Origin: Patescibacteria group bacterium
GTDB taxonomy: Bacteria; Patescibacteriota; Microgenomatia; UBA1400; PJMF01
Assembly (NCBI GenBank): GCA_041747555.1
Contig: JBGTEY010000013.1
Coordinates: 16,814 to 80,813, forward strand
Length of the DNA: 64,000 nt
Direction: 5' to 3'
Part shown: positions 8,759-17,785 of the stretch, one piece after another
Numbering within the stretch: position 1 is the first letter of the stretch
How the letters are laid out: every line of letters begins with the position of its first letter
The notes under the pieces: model-generated
Seen by the model: the letters and a program-made list of their open reading frames with translations, nothing else
Databases searched by the model: none
What the model was told of the DNA's origin: nothing
Program-made: the position numbers and the translations under genes

Positions 8759-11263
8759 TTATAAATTCAGTCGCCTCAACACAACCGTCCCATCCTCATC
8801 AATATTCCCATCCAAAGACATTTTCTTCACTGAGTGCCCATAGCCATTTGCCAGGCCATTGTTGCCAGCTCGCTTCAGTTCAAAATCATGACCAGATACC
8901 ATCTCGTGTTCTTCGGTACCTGGGTTTTTCATCGACTTCATACTCAAATCCACCCACTCATCCGCTCCCATCGCCTTGGGGTACCGACTATCCGGCTCAT
9001 CATAATCACTAATATCTCGCGCCACAGCCGGTACATCTCCTACATCCACCACATCCCCACTCACACCATACGAAGTAATTGACCGCCCAACCACGCCACT
9101 CGCATGCGCCAATGCTTTTTCATTATCCAGATGAAATCCATGCTTGGTCTTGGCCCAATAATGCGGCGCCACGATCAAGCTCCACACTGCCTTCCATGCC
9201 GCCACACTCATCATCAGCCAGTAGAACGGCACCAAAAACACATATTTAATAATCTCATCATGCCCCCGTTTGGCACAGCCAATCATGTAGTAGTACATGT
9301 ACAAGAAATTGCCAAAAACCAGACACGTCAGCGCCATATAAAACACCGCCGCCGGAAAGAACGGCTCAATCGCAGGCCCCAATGTAGACCGAAATACAAA
9401 GTACAAAATCGTCGTCGCCCACATAATCGGGTTAATAAACATACTCATCACCTTGCCACCAACCACCAGCTGAAAGGTCAACACATGCGGCTCACTCCAG
9501 CTGCGCAAGAACTCACGAGGGTTTCTCATGTGCACCAAGTAGGTCTGGATATAGCCCTTAATCCAGCGACTTCTCTGACTAAACCAATTAAAGAAATCAC
9601 TATTTGCTTCTTCGTTGGTAATCGAGTCCACAATGGCAGTCCTCAAGCCCCGTTTGACCATCCTGATGCCAAGGTCACAGTCTTCGGTCACGTTAAATGA
9701 ATCCCAGCCGTGCAACTCCTTGAGAATGCTGGTCTTAAAATGATTGCTCGTCCCACCCAACGGGATTGGCGCATGAATTGCCTGTAACCCCGTGAGCACC
9801 AAGTCAAACCACAGCGAATACTCTGCAGTAAAGACTCTGGTTAGCAAATTCTGATGCGGATTATAAAAATTGAGCTTCGCCTGCATGCAGACGACTTCTT
9901 TAGGGACTTTGTCAAATGCGAGGACGACTTTTTTGAGCTGGTCGGGCTCTGGGACATCTTCTGCGTCGTAGATCACCACATAATCGCTCTCAATTCTGTG
10001 CAGGGCGTAGTTACATGCCTTGGGCTTGGTCTTGGGGAAGGAATCGGGCACTACCATCACTTCAAAATGTGAGGGGAGTGCGAATTCTTTGACTTTTTGG
10101 AGCGTTTCGGTGTCGTCTTCCTCGAGCAAAAGATATACCTTGAGCTTGTCCTTGGGGTACTCCATCTGATCCATGCTGGTTACAAATTGGGGGATGACCT
10201 GCCATTCCTTATAGAGCGGGCAGAGAATTGCGTAGGTGGGGAGGTCTTTGTCCTCGAGTGCAGTAACTTTTTTGGGCTCGATCTTGATTTCTGGTGAATG
10301 AATAAAACTTTGGACAATGAGGAGCAAATTAAAGAGTAAGTCTACAAAATACAGGACAGTCAGCACTGCAATAAGTATTAAAAGAGTTGTTCTCCAGCTC
10401 GTGATCAGAAAAAATGCCAAAAACGCAACTAAGGCAACCAAAAAAAACGACTGCTTGCGGCTGAGTCTGGTAAACGCGCTCTCTGCATGAGGAAGCGGCG
10501 TGTGGTGGATGTACTTCTTGGAGCGATGGTGAAACCCGTGTCCGACTGATTCAATTTCTGTGGGATGAAATGGGATAATTCTGCGGTAGTGGGTGAGGAG
10601 CAATAGTGCTTGCCAGCTTAACTGGAGTGAAGCGTGGATGAGGTTGGTTTTGTGTTTACCATATTTTCTGGGCTGGAGTGCCACGTCGATTGATTCAATC
10701 ACGGCGCCCGCGTTGCGTGCATTCACTAGGAATTCAAGGTCAAAGGTCCATTGACTGGGATTGAGTTGAAGTCGCTCATATATGTTTTTGCGAAAAACTT
10801 TCATCCCTGATTGCACATCAACGGTAAAACCGTGCAGCGTTTTGCCAAACAATACCCTAAAGAGTGTTGCCAAGACCTTGCGATGGGCATCAACATTGAG
10901 TTCAAAGCGATTTGCAACCACAATATCGGCGCCCGCATCGAGTTTCTTGACCATTTTTTCAAAATTCTCTGGGGAGTATTGGAGATCCCCGTCAATCATG
11001 CCGATATAGTCGTACTGTGCTGCGGCAAAGCCTTCGATCAGTGACTGACCCTTACCTCGATTACCTGTTTTTTTGAGTAATTTGACTGCAGGAGAAGGAA
11101 AAGCTTTTACTCTATCTGGTGTGCCATCATCTGATCCATCATCGATGACCAAAATTTCAAATGTTGGGGTTATTTTTTCACATACAGCGACCGTACGTTC
11201 AAGCAAAATTGTGATACTTTTTGCTTCATTAAGGGTGGGAATGATGATAGAAATGCCTCTCAT
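8759..11263 (-). CDS. Bifunctional membrane glycosyltransferase: N-terminal Dpm1-like GT2 plus C-terminal processive GT2 synthase domain (QxxRW)
   Basis: Domain 1 is ISIIIPTLNEA...VIDDGSDDGT. A TM block follows. Domain 2 is AILCPLYKE...DAEDVPEPDQL...TEDCDLGIRM...QRSRWIKGY (D, D, TED and QxxRW motifs of cellulose/hyaluronan-synthase-like enzymes). More TM helices and an acidic roughly 130-aa tail follow. Start chosen at MRGISIII (11263). Confidence 0.75.
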   Translation of the reverse strand: MRGISIIIPTLNEAKSITILLERTVAVCEKITPTFEILVIDDGSDDGTPDRVKAFPSPAVKLLKKTGNRGKGQSLIEGFAAAQYDYIGMIDGDLQYSPENFEKMVKKLDAGADIVVANRFELNVDAHRKVLATLFRVLFGKTLHGFTVDVQSGMKVFRKNIYERLQLNPSQWTFDLEFLVNARNAGAVIESIDVALQPRKYGKHKTNLIHASLQLSWQALLLLTHYRRIIPFHPTEIESVGHGFHHRSKKYIHHTPLPHAESAFTRLSRKQSFFLVALVAFLAFFLITSWRTTLLILIAVLTVLYFVDLLFNLLLIVQSFIHSPEIKIEPKKVTALEDKDLPTYAILCPLYKEWQVIPQFVTSMDQMEYPKDKLKVYLLLEEDDTETLQKVKEFALPSHFEVMVVPDSFPKTKPKACNYALHRIESDYVVIYDAEDVPEPDQLKKVVLAFDKVPKEVVCMQAKLNFYNPHQNLLTRVFTAEYSLWFDLVLTGLQAIHAPIPLGGTSNHFKTSILKELHGWDSFNVTEDCDLGIRMVKRGLRTAIVDSITNEEANSDFFNWFSQRSRWIKGYIQTYLVHMRNPREFLRSWSEPHVLTFQLVVGGKVMSMFINPIMWATTILYFVFRSTLGPAIEPFFPAAVFYMALTCLVFGNFLYMYYYMIGCAKRGHDEIIKYVFLVPFYWLMMSVAAWKAVWSLIVAPHYWAKTKHGFHLDNEKALAHASGVVGRSITSYGVSGDVVDVGDVPAVARDISDYDEPDSRYPKAMGADEWVDLSMKSMKNPGTEEHEMVSGHDFELKRAGNNGLANGYGHSVKKMSLDGNIDEDGTVVLRRLNL

Positions 11264-11334
11264 GAACCCTTCATTATAGCAATTATAGTGATGCCTGTCG
11301 CTCGAAATAATTAGGGGTGTTATACTAAATAGAT
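11264..11334. promoter_or_regulatory. Divergent promoter region between the GT fusion gene and sppA, with repeated ATTATAG elements
   Basis: 71-nt AT-rich spacer. TATAAT present on the minus strand (revcomp of ATTATA) twice, 9 nt apart. Confidence 0.25.
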
Positions 11335-12444
11335 ATGCAACAAAAATCACACCTACTTGTCAGGGCCATGAAACATTTTTTTAGAGTATTCCTGAGTGTT
11401 AACGCCGTAATTATTGGTATATTTTCTAGTTTGGCAGTGATTGGAATTATGTCAGCGATGGTTTCTGATGACACAGCCGTTTCTGGCACGAGCTCAATTT
11501 CAGAAGACTATCGTGTCTTGGTTGGTGAAGACGATGCCGAACATCAATTTGCGTCAATTGCACTTGATGGAATTATTTTAGGTGACAGAAGTGAATTTGA
11601 GCAGATTTTTGAGGCATTTGCCTCTGGTGGAGTCACCTTTGGGTATGATGTCAAAGATGAGCTCTATGAACTCGCCGATGCCGATGAAGTCGCAGGAATT
11701 GTCTTAGAAATCAATTCTCCCGGAGGAACAATCTTTGGCACCCAAGCAATTGTTGATGGCGTTACCTATTATCGACAACAGACCAACAAACCTGTGGTTG
11801 CATATATAGGCAGCATTGCCGCATCTGGTGGATACTGGGCTGCGGTGAGTGCTGATGAGATTATTGCTGATGCTGGTACAACCATTGGTAGCATCGGTGT
11901 CATTACTGGACCTATTAAATTTTATGACGGCGTGGTGAGTGAGGATGGCGGCGCATTTATTGGAGGAATCGAAACCACCGGTGGCGTCCAGACAACATTT
12001 TTCACCGCAGGAGAGGGTAAAGATATGGGTAATCCCTACCGACCAATGACCGATCGTGAGCGACAAGTCTTGCAAGGGGCTGTAGATAGTAGTCATAGCA
12101 CGTTTGTCGATTATGTTTCAGAGCGTCGCGCTGTTGATCGAGCGACCGTTACCCAAATGTGGGGTGGATATATTTATAACGACATTCAAGCTACCCAACT
12201 AGGAATGGTTGATAACCGAGGCTCAAAGGATGCCGCCTACAACATCGTTGCAGAGCGTGCAGGTGTTGCTATCGATGACTCCTCCATCATTAGATACAGA
12301 TCAGGTGGTGGATTTTTTGATCAGTTATTTGGTGTGGTGAGTGATGCGCAGACTGAGCTTAAGGCTGGGCGCGTGTCTGGTGGGTGTTTGTATAGCCAAC
12401 ATGTGATGGCGTATCACGGGGATTTGGCTGGGTTGTGTTTTTAG
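11335..12444 (+). CDS. sppA: Signal peptide peptidase SppA (S49 family, 36K type)
   Basis: EINSPGGTIFG and GSIAASGGYWAAVSADEIIADAGTTIGSIGV match the SppA Ser/Lys dyad region. N-terminal TM anchor. Confidence 0.7.
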   Translation: MQQKSHLLVRAMKHFFRVFLSVNAVIIGIFSSLAVIGIMSAMVSDDTAVSGTSSISEDYRVLVGEDDAEHQFASIALDGIILGDRSEFEQIFEAFASGGVTFGYDVKDELYELADADEVAGIVLEINSPGGTIFGTQAIVDGVTYYRQQTNKPVVAYIGSIAASGGYWAAVSADEIIADAGTTIGSIGVITGPIKFYDGVVSEDGGAFIGGIETTGGVQTTFFTAGEGKDMGNPYRPMTDRERQVLQGAVDSSHSTFVDYVSERRAVDRATVTQMWGGYIYNDIQATQLGMVDNRGSKDAAYNIVAERAGVAIDDSSIIRYRSGGGFFDQLFGVVSDAQTELKAGRVSGGCLYSQHVMAYHGDLAGLCF

Positions 12445-12475
12445 GGTAGGATTATTTGTATATAATTGAAATTCT

Positions 12476-12898
12476 ATGATAGAACAAAATGAGCCATCAC
12501 CCAAAGAAGAAAACGGTGAACATCCACTAAAACTTGATGAATTTCAAGGTCTTTTAGATGTTTGGAAAAAGAGTAAAGAGGCAGGAGCTCGGGCCGTATC
12601 AGATTTTCTAGATGAACTAGATGATGCGCTTAAAGAAGTGCATGAGCAAGGTAGGCAATACCTGATAATGGGAACAATAATCAGTACGGCATCGAATTTA
12701 ATGTTTCCTAATCTCATGACCTCAGACTCTAGCTTTGCTACAGTGGCGATGTGGCTGGGGCTCAATGTGGTTGGTTCAGCTGTCGCACTAAAGATTAAAA
12801 ATAAAATAACTCAAGAAATAGCGAGGTACAAAGAAGAAGTTGCTTCGGGCCGAAGTTTTGATTCTACACATCAATATCAATCTGAGGATGAAGTATGA
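12476..12898 (+). CDS. Hypothetical protein
   Basis: ORF with one hydrophobic segment. Translationally coupled (ATGA overlap) to the next ORF. Confidence 0.3.
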   Translation: MIEQNEPSPKEENGEHPLKLDEFQGLLDVWKKSKEAGARAVSDFLDELDDALKEVHEQGRQYLIMGTIISTASNLMFPNLMTSDSSFATVAMWLGLNVVGSAVALKIKNKITQEIARYKEEVASGRSFDSTHQYQSEDEV

Positions 12899-13284
12899 CT
12901 GATCCAATTAAGGAACTATCCAATCTGGAGCATGTAGTCCTCGGTCCCTTACTCATCGCAACTGGCATGAGTGATGATGAGCAAGTCATTGTCAAAAAAC
13001 AGTTATTGCTCGTTATAGTGGCTCAATCAATCCAAAAGGTGGAGCAAGCTCTTTCAGAAGAAGAGAAAGAATCACTTCTCAACGAGTTATCTCAACTGGA
13101 TCCACAAAGTCAATTGGATCACCTTGCGAGCTTTATTTCCCAGAACGAAATTTCTCAACAGCTTTTATCTGAGTATTATCAAAAAGACTTACCCCAACTA
13201 CTAAAACGCTTACTGCTAAAATTCATGAATAGCGCCACCGATGAACAAAAACAGAGATTTCTTAAAGCTTCAGAGGCTGTTTAA
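12895..13284 (+). CDS. Hypothetical acidic helical protein
   Basis: ORF only. Coupled to the upstream ORF. Confidence 0.3.
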   Translation: MTDPIKELSNLEHVVLGPLLIATGMSDDEQVIVKKQLLLVIVAQSIQKVEQALSEEEKESLLNELSQLDPQSQLDHLASFISQNEISQQLLSEYYQKDLPQLLKRLLLKFMNSATDEQKQRFLKASEAV

Positions 13285-13285
13285 G

Positions 13286-14188
13286 CTAAATAATTTTGTG
13301 CTTAGTAAGAAGTTTGAAAATAGAAACAGTCCTCTGCGCAAATTCCTCATCCTCCAGAGGTACCGACCATAATTTATCCAAAAAAGAACTTCGTTGATAC
13401 TCGATGACCACGTATCTTAGTTTGCTATTGAGTACTGATGCAAGCTCACTCCACATGTCTTCGGTTATCATTTCGACTGGCAAAGAATCATGACTGTTGG
13501 TGCCAAGCGAAATATGGACAATGCACGGGCCAAGTGCGTCTAATTTTTGCAGCATTTCATGCCAGTGTTTGGATGGATTGATCAATGAATTTGGTTTTTC
13601 TAGTAAGTAGTGTACGATGTCAAAAACGGGAACGCACGGGATGCCTGCTTTTGTCAGTGTTTCGACTGCTTCACGGGTAACTTCATATGATTCTTCGAAT
13701 GGATTATTTTCTATTGCGAGTGGGCAGGGCAGGGCAGTGGGCAACTGATTGTTCTGAAAAACTGATCGTGCTTCTGTTTCGTGAATAAGAAAATAATGCG
13801 GTTTGCTATCTTGAGCAAGTGACAATCTTTGTAATGCTTTGGGCGTTGATTGCAAAAGTATGGTAAAGCCAATTGTGAGCAATCGAATAGGATTGAACCA
13901 AGAAAGATCGGGATCAATGCCAGTTCTACCGTGAAATCCGGCTACGGGGACAGCGTCTGAACTGCCAAGCTCATCCCATGGAGCGACAAATCTCCAGAGG
14001 AGGACTTCTATACCTGGCATCTGACTCTTTTCTCTTCCCTCGCCAACTTCTTTAAAAATGTATTGCCAAAATTCTCGTGCATCGTACCAATCGCCAAAAA
14101 CTCCCACCACATCGGTGGAAATACCCGATCCGTAGCTATTTTTGAGTGCTGTTATAAATTGTTCCGGATTAAAGTTGGTAGGAGGCAT
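13286..14188 (-). CDS. Hypothetical protein
   Basis: 300-aa ORF with no recognisable motif by eye. Confidence 0.3.
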   Translation of the reverse strand: MPPTNFNPEQFITALKNSYGSGISTDVVGVFGDWYDAREFWQYIFKEVGEGREKSQMPGIEVLLWRFVAPWDELGSSDAVPVAGFHGRTGIDPDLSWFNPIRLLTIGFTILLQSTPKALQRLSLAQDSKPHYFLIHETEARSVFQNNQLPTALPCPLAIENNPFEESYEVTREAVETLTKAGIPCVPVFDIVHYLLEKPNSLINPSKHWHEMLQKLDALGPCIVHISLGTNSHDSLPVEMITEDMWSELASVLNSKLRYVVIEYQRSSFLDKLWSVPLEDEEFAQRTVSIFKLLTKHKII

Positions 14189-14285
14189 AGCTGTATTTTT
14201 AAAAAAAATGACCTGTGTGTAAGCGATTTGTAGGATTTAAAAGGTATTGTAGCAAAAGTAACAGATAATAAAGAAAGGAGACAAG

Positions 14286-14855
14286 ATGTATAGCAAGAAA
14301 AAACTGCTTATCTCTGGTCTTTTTGTACTTCTGCTCGGGCTGACCCTTGGGGCAGGTGCAGTAGTCGCGTATTTTTCTAGTGTCGGTCAGACGGATTTCA
14401 ATACAATTCAAACAGGACGGCTTGACATGCTGGTTGGTCAAACAGATGCACTCCAAGAAGAGCATTGGCTGCCTGGTGAGTCACAAATCATTGAGTGGTC
14501 AGTACTCAATACGGGCAATATAGATTCATATCTCAAGGGAAAACTCGATGTAACCTGGGATGTAGAAGGTCTCGAGACAGAAAAAATTATCATAGATTCA
14601 GTCGAATATATGGATGCTGGTGTGTGGTATCCACTCACGAGTGGCACAATTTCACCCGGTGATGAATTTTTATACAGTGCAGATGGCACAGAAGGTGGTC
14701 TAATCTCATTCCCTCAGGCGAAAGAAGTGCTATTTAGAATGACCGTCACGCTCGATCCCACGGTGGAAAATGAGTATCAAAATGCAGGATTCTCTGGTCA
14801 AGTAAAAATGGCTGGCAGACAACAAACAGAGGGAGCTGTGTGGGGAAGTTTATAG
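14286..14855 (+). CDS. TasA/camelysin-family secreted protein with SipW-cognate-class signal peptide
   Basis: N-terminus MYSKKKLL...LGAGAVVAYFSSVGQTDFNTIQTGRLDM parallels B. cereus CalY/TasA MSLKKKLG...GGGTFAFFSDKEVSNNTFAAGTLDL. Middle LPGESQIIEWSVLNTGNIDS resembles LKPGDSVKKEFLLQNSGSL. C-terminal ...FSGQVKMAGRQ resembles ...LNLEWTFNANQ. Confidence 0.6.
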   Translation: MYSKKKLLISGLFVLLLGLTLGAGAVVAYFSSVGQTDFNTIQTGRLDMLVGQTDALQEEHWLPGESQIIEWSVLNTGNIDSYLKGKLDVTWDVEGLETEKIIIDSVEYMDAGVWYPLTSGTISPGDEFLYSADGTEGGLISFPQAKEVLFRMTVTLDPTVENEYQNAGFSGQVKMAGRQQTEGAVWGSL

Positions 14856-15646
14856 GAATAAGTATTTGTATGGGGCTGTTGATGTTTCACTCAGCAGCCC
14901 CTGCCAGAGCCTTTTTCACAACCATTGGTGAATTTACTCATCACTTTACTATCATTGAGTCAACAATTGTGTCAGTAGAAGCACCGTTTGAAAAAGAAAT
15001 TACTTCAATAAAACCAGACCAGTCTCTTTCACTCTGCTATCAATTCATCAGCGAAAGTGACGACCCTGGATTTGATGAACCAGCTATGACTGTGAAACTA
15101 TCAGAAAAAATCATATATGAGACAAGTTTTTCTGCAGATAAAAAATGTATTCAAATGCAGCTCGATCAAGGATACAACGTAATTCAAATATCGGTGCATG
15201 ACACCATAGATACTCAAAATTCACCTCAGGTGGTACTTTCAGATTTTGAGGTTAGCGCAACCGCTGCGTTGCCTTCACAGATGCTTCTAGTTTTTGATAG
15301 TATCGTGGAGCAAATCACCAGAAGTGATGACTCGACACTAGTAAGTTTTAAACTTGCGGTGCCTATGGATTCTGAATTAGTTGACATCAGTACTAATTAC
15401 TCACTGGCACTCTATGAGATAACATCATCGATTTCAGATGAAACAATCATTACCACAAACGTTCCAATTGGATTGAACATTTCGGCAGAGCCAGATCATC
15501 CTGTATTAATTTCCCCACACCAACCACTCTGGAATACATTTTTAGGCCAAAAATTTGTTGATAGTCGATTTCCAAATCATAGTATTAGTTTTGTGACTGC
15601 TCGAATTCCTCATGGTCACTGGTTTGCTCAAATTCATGAGGAATAA
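14840..15646 (+). CDS. Secreted hypothetical protein, possible second SipW-type substrate or minor subunit
   Basis: Signal peptide followed by ARAFFTTIGEFTHHF (resembles the A-Y-F-S-D...F motif). Overlaps the TasA-like gene by 16 nt. Confidence 0.35.
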   Translation: MGKFIGISICMGLLMFHSAAPARAFFTTIGEFTHHFTIIESTIVSVEAPFEKEITSIKPDQSLSLCYQFISESDDPGFDEPAMTVKLSEKIIYETSFSADKKCIQMQLDQGYNVIQISVHDTIDTQNSPQVVLSDFEVSATAALPSQMLLVFDSIVEQITRSDDSTLVSFKLAVPMDSELVDISTNYSLALYEITSSISDETIITTNVPIGLNISAEPDHPVLISPHQPLWNTFLGQKFVDSRFPNHSISFVTARIPHGHWFAQIHEE

Positions 15647-15791
15647 ACAATTCTCAGCTAGCTAACCCTTGAGTTTACTAGGGTTTGTAGTGCATACTTG
15701 GGACTACATGAAATTATTTGAAACGATCGCGCATCTCTTCCACCCTCGTCGGTCGAATAATCATCGACCCAAAGTCCTGCACCCAGAGGCA

Positions 15792-16760
15792 ATGGCATAC
15801 ATGGTTGGAATAATCGTCGCACTTTCATTTTTTATTCAATTTGCGCCGAGGCAAAACGCACTTTCAAACGTCTTGGGCTACTCATCAGATATAACGGTCG
15901 ATAAAGTGCTGTCTCAAACCAACCAAATCAGAGGACAAGGCAGCCTCAAGTCGTTGCAGTACAGTGATCGATTATCACAAGCAGCGGTCGCCAAAGGTCA
16001 AGACATGTTTGCCAATCAATACTGGGCACACACATCCCCTTCTGGCAGAGAACCATGGGATTTTATTCGCGCTGTTGGATATGGTTATCGAGTTGCGGGT
16101 GAAAATTTAGCTCGAGATTTTGACACCACAGATACCATGATGCAGGCATGGATGGCGTCACCAACGCACCGTGAAAACATCATGCACCCAAGATACCAAG
16201 AAATAGGTATCGCAGTCATCGACGGAACACTCAATGGAGTCGAAACTACACTGGTCGTGCAAATGTTTGGCCTCCCCATAACTACTCAAGTAGCTGAGGT
16301 TCCAGACAGTAACGTCTTTGGTGTTAACCAAGCTCAAGCTGCAGAACCAAGCGAATTCGAGCCAGCAGATCAGGTGGTGATCACTGAAGCAAATTCAGCA
16401 CGGGAAGTTGTTCCAGATGAAGCTGCTGGAAATGAACAACCACAGGCCAGCACCATCCCAGATCCTGAACCAACACTGAGCCCAACATCAGGCGACTCCA
16501 ATCTAGCGACACCAGTAGAACCCCTCATTGCAAGGCCCAGGCACTCTCTGGGAATCTTCCCACAGTTTTCTCCCCTCATGCTCACTAAAGCTGGAGTTAT
16601 TGCAGTCACTTTACTACTCCTTGGAACACTACTATATGATGCTATGATCATTGCTAATAGAAAAACAGAGCGATTTGTGGGTAAAAATTTAGCACATATT
16701 ATCTTGTTTTCCATGGTTTTATTTCTGCTAATTGTTATTAAGGGAGGAGCGATAGCATAA
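15792..16760 (+). CDS. CAP/SCP/PR-1 domain secreted protein with Pro/Glu-rich linker and C-terminal TM anchor
   Basis: YWAHTSPSG...GENLARDF...MQAWMASPTHRENIMHPRYQEIGIAV are the CAP-domain signature blocks. The C-terminal hydrophobic stretch is IAVTLLLLGTLLY. ATG at 15792 is preferred over the TTG at 15669. Confidence 0.6.
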   Translation: MAYMVGIIVALSFFIQFAPRQNALSNVLGYSSDITVDKVLSQTNQIRGQGSLKSLQYSDRLSQAAVAKGQDMFANQYWAHTSPSGREPWDFIRAVGYGYRVAGENLARDFDTTDTMMQAWMASPTHRENIMHPRYQEIGIAVIDGTLNGVETTLVVQMFGLPITTQVAEVPDSNVFGVNQAQAAEPSEFEPADQVVITEANSAREVVPDEAAGNEQPQASTIPDPEPTLSPTSGDSNLATPVEPLIARPRHSLGIFPQFSPLMLTKAGVIAVTLLLLGTLLYDAMIIANRKTERFVGKNLAHIILFSMVLFLLIVIKGGAIA

Positions 16761-17020
16761 TGATCAGAGGAGAACTCAAACGACATCCAGTTGCATATGG
16801 TGCGCTATTTTTGGGCTTGGGGATTTTCGTGTACGGTTTTCTTGGGGCATGGCCAGACCGTTTCACTCAGCGAATTTTGATCATGGGACTTGTTACATTT
16901 TATTTCATTTGGGGTGTGGCAACGCACGTTTCTGCCAAGCATCTTACCTCAAGAATTGTTGGAGAATATTTAGCTGTAGCACTGCTGGCAGGAGCATTAC
17001 TATTAGCTGTGACACTTTGA
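16760..17020 (+). CDS. Small membrane protein (2-3 TM)
   Basis: 86-aa hydrophobic ORF, start overlapping the upstream stop. Confidence 0.3.
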   Translation: MIRGELKRHPVAYGALFLGLGIFVYGFLGAWPDRFTQRILIMGLVTFYFIWGVATHVSAKHLTSRIVGEYLAVALLAGALLLAVTL

Positions 17021-17061
17021 TCTGGTAATGATACACTGGTACGGCAAAAGAAAGGATTTTT

Positions 17062-17784
17062 ATGAAAGGTATTATTTTAGCAGGTGGTTCAGGCTCACGC
17101 CTCAGGCCTTTGACCAAAATCACGAGCAAGCAATTGCTTCCGATTTATAACAAACCAATGATCTTCTTCCCGCTCCAAACGTTGCTCACTGCAGGAATTC
17201 GAGATATTTTGATCATTGTTGCCCCTGATCACGCAGGTGATTTTCTAAAACTACTGGGGAGTGGAAGAGAATTTGGCTGTAAATTTACCTATGAAATTCA
17301 AGACAAGCCAGAAGGATTGGCTCAGGCGTTTGTGATTGGTGAGAACTTTTTAGGCAACGACGATGTGACGCTCATACTAGGCGACAATTTGTATGAAGAC
17401 GATTTTTCAGATCAAATCGCAAGCTTTGAAAAAGGCGGACGAGTATTTCTGAAGAAAGTTTCTGATCCACAGCGATATGGTGTCGCAGAATTTGATGATA
17501 ATCGACAAGTGATCTCAATTGAGGAAAAACCAAAAACACCAAAATCTGACTTTGCCGTTACCGGTCTCTACATCTACGATAATTCAGTAGTGCAGCGCGC
17601 CAAAGCTCTTGAGCCATCAGAGCGCGGTGAGCTTGAAATCACCGATCTCAATAATTTGTACCTCAAAGATGGTCAGCTTGACGTTGCCTTTGTTGAGGGA
17701 CGATGGTTTGATACAGGCACCTTTGAATCACTTCATGACGCAATTCAGTTTGCACGAGAAAAGGAATTAGCTCATACTGCTTAA
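17062..17784 (+). CDS. rmlA: Glucose-1-phosphate thymidylyltransferase-like sugar nucleotidyltransferase (short-form RmlA)
   Basis: MKGIILAGGSGSRLRPLTKITSKQLLPIYNKPMIFFPL is a classic RmlA N-terminus. 240 aa, shorter than typical RfbA. Confidence 0.65.
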   Translation: MKGIILAGGSGSRLRPLTKITSKQLLPIYNKPMIFFPLQTLLTAGIRDILIIVAPDHAGDFLKLLGSGREFGCKFTYEIQDKPEGLAQAFVIGENFLGNDDVTLILGDNLYEDDFSDQIASFEKGGRVFLKKVSDPQRYGVAEFDDNRQVISIEEKPKTPKSDFAVTGLYIYDNSVVQRAKALEPSERGELEITDLNNLYLKDGQLDVAFVEGRWFDTGTFESLHDAIQFAREKELAHTA

Positions 17785-17785
17785 T

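Noticed and set aside
8834-11279. Several 60-200-aa ORFs antisense to the large GT fusion gene (8834-9082, 9104-9700, 9854-10072, 10097-10297, 10782-11044, 11073-11279)
   Set aside because: All lie inside a well-supported long CDS on the other strand. They are His/Arg-rich low-complexity translations typical of antisense frames.
17062-17784. Alternative call as UDP- or CDP-glucose pyrophosphorylase
   Set aside because: The N-terminal GGSGSRLRPLT..KQLLPIYNKPMI block is most like RmlA, and the genome carries rmlBCD. Kept as an rmlA-like short form with reduced confidence.
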